From NCBI GenBank assembly GCA_902795665.1, contig CADBMA010000159.1:1-26527 (forward strand): 26,527 bases of DNA, read 5' to 3'. The notes beneath the pieces were generated by a model that searched no databases, was not told the origin of the DNA, and saw only the letters and a list, made by a program, of their open reading frames with translations. The position numbers and the translations under genes are program-made. Shown piece after piece: positions 21,481 through 26,527 of the stretch. The number at the start of each line of letters is the position of its first letter. Position 1 is the stretch's first letter. Origin of the DNA: an uncultured Rhodospirillales bacterium. Lineage in GTDB: Bacteria; Pseudomonadota; Alphaproteobacteria; RF32; CAG-239.

Positions 21481-22182
21481 TCAGCCAAGCAAATGCATAA
21501 AATCGGATAACCGACTTGCCCGCAAATAAATATTGCATTCTTTTTCTTCGCCGAGCGTTATAGGCGAAACCGGCAAGCCTTGTTCCAAACGATTTTGCGC
21601 TTTGGCGATATATGCCTCTCCGCTCTTTCCGCTCAAAGTATTAAGGCCATAGACTGTGTATTCGTGCCCCGGATAAAAAAGCGTATCATCAGGAAGACTT
21701 TTTATTTTTTGTAAAGTATTCCACATTTGCTCCGGAGTTCCCTCAAACAAGCCACCAATACTTAAATTAAATAGAGTGTCTCCGGTAAAAAGAACCTTAT
21801 CTTGAGGAAAATACCATAAAATATGCCCGATAGTATGCCCATCAGCTGCAATAATTCTAGCTTCGCTGTTTCCTAACTTAAAGATATCACCATCTTGCAA
21901 GCCTATTGTCATATTATCAATTCGGCCTCTATCAGCTTCTGCTCCGACAATTTGACAATTATAGAGTTTTTGCAATTGCGGGTTGCCTTCAACATGATCA
22001 AAATGGTGATGTGTGTTTAATAAAAATTGCGGGGCAATATTTTGTTTTTCACACTCGGTTATAATCGGAGCGGCTTCTGAAGCATCCAGAACAGCCGCAG
22101 TTTGGGTATCATTATCAACCAGCAAATATGCATAATTATTCATCTTGCCGGCACGGCACAATATTGGGGTTATTTTCAACAT
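21481..22182 (-). CDS. gloB: Glyoxalase II-like metallo-beta-lactamase (hydroxyacylglutathione hydrolase family)
   Basis: NNYAYLL, THHHFDH, GHTIGHI, FTGDTLF, GHEYT, EKECN. Confidence 0.85.
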   Translation of the reverse strand: MLKITPILCRAGKMNNYAYLLVDNDTQTAAVLDASEAAPIITECEKQNIAPQFLLNTHHHFDHVEGNPQLQKLYNCQIVGAEADRGRIDNMTIGLQDGDIFKLGNSEARIIAADGHTIGHILWYFPQDKVLFTGDTLFNLSIGGLFEGTPEQMWNTLQKIKSLPDDTLFYPGHEYTVYGLNTLSGKSGEAYIAKAQNRLEQGLPVSPITLGEEKECNIYLRASRLSDFMHLLG

Positions 22183-23112
22183 TTATTTATTTTCCATTTC
22201 ATCTATGCTGCCAAGCGAGGATTCGTCTACATAAATCAAGTCATAAAAAGTCAGAATATAATTAAGCAGTCCGGCATAATTTTCCAATGGAGATCCGACA
22301 ACCATATTATAAACCGTAGTTCTTCCCCGCATATTTTTATTGCGATTCATAATTTGTCTTCTGGCAACGCGCAGTTGATGAAAATTGATATCGCTATTGA
22401 TTTTTAAGGCATAATCACGGGTTGCCGACAATAGGTCAGGATAAGTTTTAATGCGATAACTATCGTCATCTTCTCCTTCTGGTTTAATGCCTTCGTCGGT
22501 GTACCAATTTTTCATTTTATACAGTGCATTTCCCTGCTTTACCTCTATGGCAGTTCCCCAGTTGCTCTCTGCGGCAGCGGCTGCAATCAGCAATGATGGG
22601 GCGATAACATCAACTTTCAGCATTAAATCATGCAAAATTATGTTATAATAATCACGCCCCTTCATTCGTGTAAAAACATCATATTTTTTAATCAGCTTTT
22701 CAAGGGTACTCTTTTGCTCATCAGTCAAATCTTTTCCGGCATCAAAATCCTCTTTTATTTTGCGCAAAACGTTGCGTTCAAATATAATTTCTTCATTTGT
22801 TTTCAATGTTAGCGGCGCCATTATCATAATAAACAGCCTGTTACGCTCATCTTGAGACTTAATTTTATCAAAATCAGAAGGTAGCGTTTTCATAAATATC
22901 GGAGGAAGTTTTTTGTCTTTTCTAACAAAATCGTCATACTTATAATCGGAGAATATTTTTTGCAAGACTGCAACATTGGTATTGTTTAGGTACAGTCCGT
23001 CCGGCTGCAAATCCATTTCCAGCTCCGATGCTGCTGCAGGCGCTGAAAAACAGAGCAGCCCGCATAAAAATATAGCACAAAATTTTGCCAAACTATTCTT
23101 CATATTTTTCAA
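22183..23112 (-). CDS. Bax-like glucosaminidase (GH73) domain protein, exported
   Basis: Signal peptide, RNRLFIMIMAPL…N, VDVIAPSLLIAAAAAESNWGT resembling the GH73/Bax catalytic Glu motif. The start could be 23112 or 23103. Confidence 0.75.
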   Translation of the reverse strand: MKNMKNSLAKFCAIFLCGLLCFSAPAAASELEMDLQPDGLYLNNTNVAVLQKIFSDYKYDDFVRKDKKLPPIFMKTLPSDFDKIKSQDERNRLFIMIMAPLTLKTNEEIIFERNVLRKIKEDFDAGKDLTDEQKSTLEKLIKKYDVFTRMKGRDYYNIILHDLMLKVDVIAPSLLIAAAAAESNWGTAIEVKQGNALYKMKNWYTDEGIKPEGEDDDSYRIKTYPDLLSATRDYALKINSDINFHQLRVARRQIMNRNKNMRGRTTVYNMVVGSPLENYAGLLNYILTFYDLIYVDESSLGSIDEMENK

Positions 23113-23629
23113 CCGCTTTTATTTCCGGAATATAGGTTTTGAGCAACTTTTCAACACCATCTTTAAGGGTTTGTTGTGCGTGGGGGCAGCCAACACATTT
23201 GCCTTGCATTTCAACATATACAATTCCATCTTTATAACTACGAAGTTCAATATTTCCGCCATCTTTTTGAATGGCAGGACGAATTCTGGCTTCAATCAAT
23301 GCGTTAACACGCCGTACAATCTCTTCTTCATCAAGGGATTCATCTTCAACTGCAATCTGGGCGCCAGAGGCTAGAAAATCCATTATTTCTGCAAGTATCT
23401 GCGGTTTTAAAAATTGCCAGTCGGTAGAAGATTTTTTGGTTACAGAAATGCAATCCGGAGTAATGATAATTGCTTCTACTTCCCCTAAATCAAATATTTT
23501 TTCAGCCAAGGGAGATTTGCGCAATGTTTTTGCATCGCTATACTCCCCGCCTTTTTTGACATTAAGTCCATTCTCGGGATAAAAGTGCATAATATTTTCA
23601 TTTGTTGAAATTTGTGTTTCAATTATCAT
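23093..23629 (-). CDS. NifU/Nfu-family Fe-S carrier (Nfu N-terminal domain + NifU C domain)
   Basis: IETQISTNENIMHFYP, SPLAEKIF, IRPAIQKDGGNI, GKCVGCP (CxxC). ATG 23629 has an AAGGA RBS; the ORF is open to 23659. Confidence 0.92.
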   Translation of the reverse strand: MIIETQISTNENIMHFYPENGLNVKKGGEYSDAKTLRKSPLAEKIFDLGEVEAIIITPDCISVTKKSSTDWQFLKPQILAEIMDFLASGAQIAVEDESLDEEEIVRRVNALIEARIRPAIQKDGGNIELRSYKDGIVYVEMQGKCVGCPHAQQTLKDGVEKLLKTYIPEIKAVEKYEE

Positions 23630-24626
23630 TTTTATTTCCTTCGTATAAATGACTATCAATTTTCATAAGCAAACTTTGTGCTTTGAGCGTATAGTATCCA
23701 AGAGCAGCGAGATGATTTGCTTTTATTCCATGTTTTATGTCGCCGTTTAATACCGGATACGGCGCAATTTCAGTCCCATTTTGCAGAGCGCGGATTGCTG
23801 TTGTCCAATCTTGATATATGCCTTCAGACATCAAAACCTGCTTATAATCTCGTCCTAATTTTTTCAATATAATCATATAAGCATAAATTCGTCCTTGGTT
23901 ATAATAAAAAACATCATCGGCGTGTGTATCAAACCAGCTGTTATTTCCTTCGCGAATTTCGTTCTCGAGATATTTTGATGTTTTTTTCAAACCAATAATA
24001 ATGGTTTTATTAATTTCTGCAAAATTTTTAGTATCTCTGACCCAAAAACATTTTTCATCTTTGAGAGCATTATTCAGATCTTTAATTTTCTTATATGCTT
24101 TACGATATTGGCTTGATGAAGATGGAGCTGTTTTAAGTTTGTTTTCGGTATCAAAAAGCCAAACATTTGGGGGATATGCCAGCAAATTTGATGCAGTTGA
24201 TAAAAGTTTTTGTTTTTTCTCATCATTCGGGCAGTTGATTTGCGTAGCAAAAGTTCCTACGATTGAAGATAAAACTTTGAGCATTCCGGTCTGAAAATTA
24301 GGCATATTATCAAGACAATAAGCCGGAAAGAAAAAAGGCAAATTGGCCGTCCAAAGATGTTGATTGGTTTCGCGGTCAATAAGATAGGCAATTGCTTCCG
24401 CAGTCTGAGATTGAGTTTCTGCAAGGCTTGAGAACTCATAATCAGATGTTTTATCAATATTTTCACTCATCTTTCCGCCTAGTGGATAATATAAACACGC
24501 CAACAGCAACAGCGTTCCGATAAAAGCTTTGGGCCAAGAATTAAATAGATATTTTATACCTTTTATCACCATGGCAAAGCTATCTTTAATTTTGCCCGCA
24601 ATCCACATTAGTTTATTTTTGAGCAT
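23619..24626 (-). CDS. DUF2333-family membrane-anchored protein
   Basis: One N-terminal TM segment, then LDNMPNFQTG, ADDVFYYNQG and NHLAALGYY motifs that I recall from DUF2333. Confidence 0.7.
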   Translation of the reverse strand: MLKNKLMWIAGKIKDSFAMVIKGIKYLFNSWPKAFIGTLLLLACLYYPLGGKMSENIDKTSDYEFSSLAETQSQTAEAIAYLIDRETNQHLWTANLPFFFPAYCLDNMPNFQTGMLKVLSSIVGTFATQINCPNDEKKQKLLSTASNLLAYPPNVWLFDTENKLKTAPSSSSQYRKAYKKIKDLNNALKDEKCFWVRDTKNFAEINKTIIIGLKKTSKYLENEIREGNNSWFDTHADDVFYYNQGRIYAYMIILKKLGRDYKQVLMSEGIYQDWTTAIRALQNGTEIAPYPVLNGDIKHGIKANHLAALGYYTLKAQSLLMKIDSHLYEGNKNDN

Positions 24627-26199
24627 AGTTTTTTCTCCGCAAAAAATTCATGGTTATTGCAAAAATATCAATAACTCCGCACCACTTCACCGACAATAGA
24701 AAAACAAGCATTGCCGTGCTTCCGATAAACGATAAAGACAACAGTTTCATTATTATTGAAAAATCAAACCAATTTCCGCCCCAAAGATTGATGCTTAGCA
24801 TTCCAAACCACAGTACTCCGCCCATTAATATTGAGCAAGCACCTATTTTTATCAGGCGGACAGTCAGCTCTGAAGAAAATTCCCAAAATCCGCGTTTTTT
24901 CAAACCGTGAATATACTGATACAAAGAAACAAAAGCCGCAATGGTAGTGGCAGAGGCAATTCCAACATGGCCGAATGGTTTCATTAAGATAGCTGAACAG
25001 ACTATATTTGCAACCAAAACCACAGCGCTGTATTTGACAGGGGTTTTTGTATCGCAGCGTGCAAAAAAATTTGGGGTTAAGGCCTTGACCATAACGTACA
25101 ATGGCAGTCCAACCGCATAAGCTACCACCGCCTGTGAAGTCATATCAGTTTGAAAAGAGCCAAACTTGCCATGCTGAAACAACAAATTTATTATCGGTTT
25201 GGCCAATACTATAAGAGCTACCGTGGCCGGAAAAGAAAGTAACGCTCCATATTCTACAGCCTTATTTTGAGTTTGTTTTGCCTCTTCAGCGGCACCGGCC
25301 TTAAGCTGTTTTGATAAAATCGGCAGCAATGCAACACCTATAGCTGCTCCCACCACACCAAGAGGCAACTGTTGCAAGCGATTGGCATAATATAACCACG
25401 AAATTGCTCCGGTTCCGACTAAAGACACCAAAATGGTATCAACCATCATATTAATTTGATAAATACCGGCTCCAAAAACCCCTGGAGCAATGCGTTTGAA
25501 TAAAGTCTTTATCTCTTCCGTCCGTGCAAGATCCACAATATTGCGCTGCGGAACAATAAATACATCTTGTCTTTTTAAAAAGCAGTGCAACCAAATAATT
25601 TCTAAAACACCGGCGGTTGGAATTGCAATGGCAATGCGATATGCCGGAGTGGCAATAAACGGCATCAAGACAAAAACCGAAGCAATCATTGTCAGATTCA
25701 AAATCACCGGAGCTGAAGCCGGAGCGGCAAATTTCCCCAAAGAATTGAGAATACCGGATTGAAACGAAACTATCGACACCAAAAGCAAAAACGGAAAAGT
25801 AATGCGTGATAAAAATACCGCTAACTCAATTTTTCCGGCATCGTTTACAAACCCCGGAGCCAAAAACATCACAACCACAGGCATTATAACTTCCATGAGC
25901 AAAACAAAAAGACCGACAAAGACAGCCAAAACAGAAATTGCGCGGGCTGCAAATTTAATGGCTTGCTCTTTGCCTTCTCCTACCAATTTTTGTGAAAAAA
26001 TCGGCACAAAGGCTGAGGTGAAAGCACCTTCTGCAAACAAACTTCGAAATAAATTGGGCAATTTGAATGAAACGAAAAACGCATCTGAAACCATGCCGGC
26101 ACCCAAATATCTTGCCAATATTATATCGCGGCAGAAACCGGTAATTCTGCTGATGAGGGTCCAACCTCCAAAGGTGGTTATTGATTTCAATAAAGACAT
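24613..26199 (-). CDS. murJ: Lipid II flippase MurJ (MviN)
   Basis: SRITGFCRD, DAFFVSFKLPNLFRSLFAEGAF, YANRLQQLPLG, about 14 TM segments. Confidence 0.97.
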   Translation of the reverse strand: MSLLKSITTFGGWTLISRITGFCRDIILARYLGAGMVSDAFFVSFKLPNLFRSLFAEGAFTSAFVPIFSQKLVGEGKEQAIKFAARAISVLAVFVGLFVLLMEVIMPVVVMFLAPGFVNDAGKIELAVFLSRITFPFLLLVSIVSFQSGILNSLGKFAAPASAPVILNLTMIASVFVLMPFIATPAYRIAIAIPTAGVLEIIWLHCFLKRQDVFIVPQRNIVDLARTEEIKTLFKRIAPGVFGAGIYQINMMVDTILVSLVGTGAISWLYYANRLQQLPLGVVGAAIGVALLPILSKQLKAGAAEEAKQTQNKAVEYGALLSFPATVALIVLAKPIINLLFQHGKFGSFQTDMTSQAVVAYAVGLPLYVMVKALTPNFFARCDTKTPVKYSAVVLVANIVCSAILMKPFGHVGIASATTIAAFVSLYQYIHGLKKRGFWEFSSELTVRLIKIGACSILMGGVLWFGMLSINLWGGNWFDFSIIMKLLSLSFIGSTAMLVFLLSVKWCGVIDIFAITMNFLRRKNYAQK

Positions 26200-26291
26200 T
26201 TTTTTCTCTGGACAAATTATTAAAACAGCTTAATTATAGACCATAAACAAAATAAAGCCAAAATATTTTTCTCAATAATACATTTTTTTTA

Positions 26292-26320
26292 TTGACAAAA
26301 CTTTTAAATATTGAGATAAT
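26292..26320 (+). promoter_or_regulatory. Near-consensus sigma70 promoter
   Basis: TTGACA-N17-GATAAT. Confidence 0.7.
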
Positions 26321-26361
26321 AGACAAAAATACAGAATATTTATTATAAGAGGAGAACTTAG

Positions 26362-26527
26362 ATGAGTGTTTATGATAAAATTAAAAAGGCTGCAGGAGAA
26401 AAATTGAAGTGGTTCACTGGCAGCACGACAGAAATGGACCCTAAAAAAGCCGATGAAATGGTTAAACTGGCTTACAATAGTCATACAGGCCCAACAGAGT
26501 ACGTAGATCCGTTACTGGCAGCTGAAA
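26362..26527 (+). CDS. 5' part of an unknown protein (MSVYDKIKKAAGEKLKWFTGSTTEMDPKKADEMVKLAYNSHTGPTEYVDPLLAAE…), runs off the window
   Basis: GAGGAG RBS, ATG at 26362, 55 open codons to the edge, strong promoter upstream; absent from the supplied ORF track. Confidence 0.75.
   Translation, partial: MSVYDKIKKAAGEKLKWFTGSTTEMDPKKADEMVKLAYNSHTGPTEYVDPLLAAE

Noticed and set aside
26220-26234. CtrA box upstream of murJ
   Set aside because: The spacing is TTAA-N6-TTAA rather than N7, and TTAA is frequent in AT-rich spacers.

Overview
AT-rich (roughly 40% GC, by eye) alphaproteobacterial core chromosome; gene order and protein style suggest a Rhodospirillales-like, possibly gut-associated lineage (inference). 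Contents in order: groES-groEL; a histidine phosphatase; tRNA-Gly(GCC); an orphan helical-repeat protein; a stand-alone PreT/GltD-like Fe-S flavoprotein; an outer-membrane beta-barrel; DUF721/DciA-dsbA-atpI-atpB-atpE-b'-b (F0 half of ATP synthase); ffs-dnaX-ybaB-recR on the minus strand; lpoA-like lipoprotein, rsmI and yraN; polA; gyrB; a tightly coupled minus-strand cluster murJ-DUF2333-nfu-GH73/Bax-like-gloB-prepilin peptidase; and the start of an unknown gene at the right edge. I found no CRISPR array, transposase, integrase or prophage, and no wholly new multi-gene system. The best leads are: (1) an A10 run in dnaX right after domain III with stops in both alternative frames within 1-3 codons, a candidate gamma/tau recoding site; (2) an ATP synthase c subunit that has lost most of its GxGxGxG packing motif; (3) a GroEL tail with a (Cys-Gly)4 repeat; (4) apparent absence of smc from its usual position; (5) several housekeeping enzymes with altered catalytic or ligand motifs.
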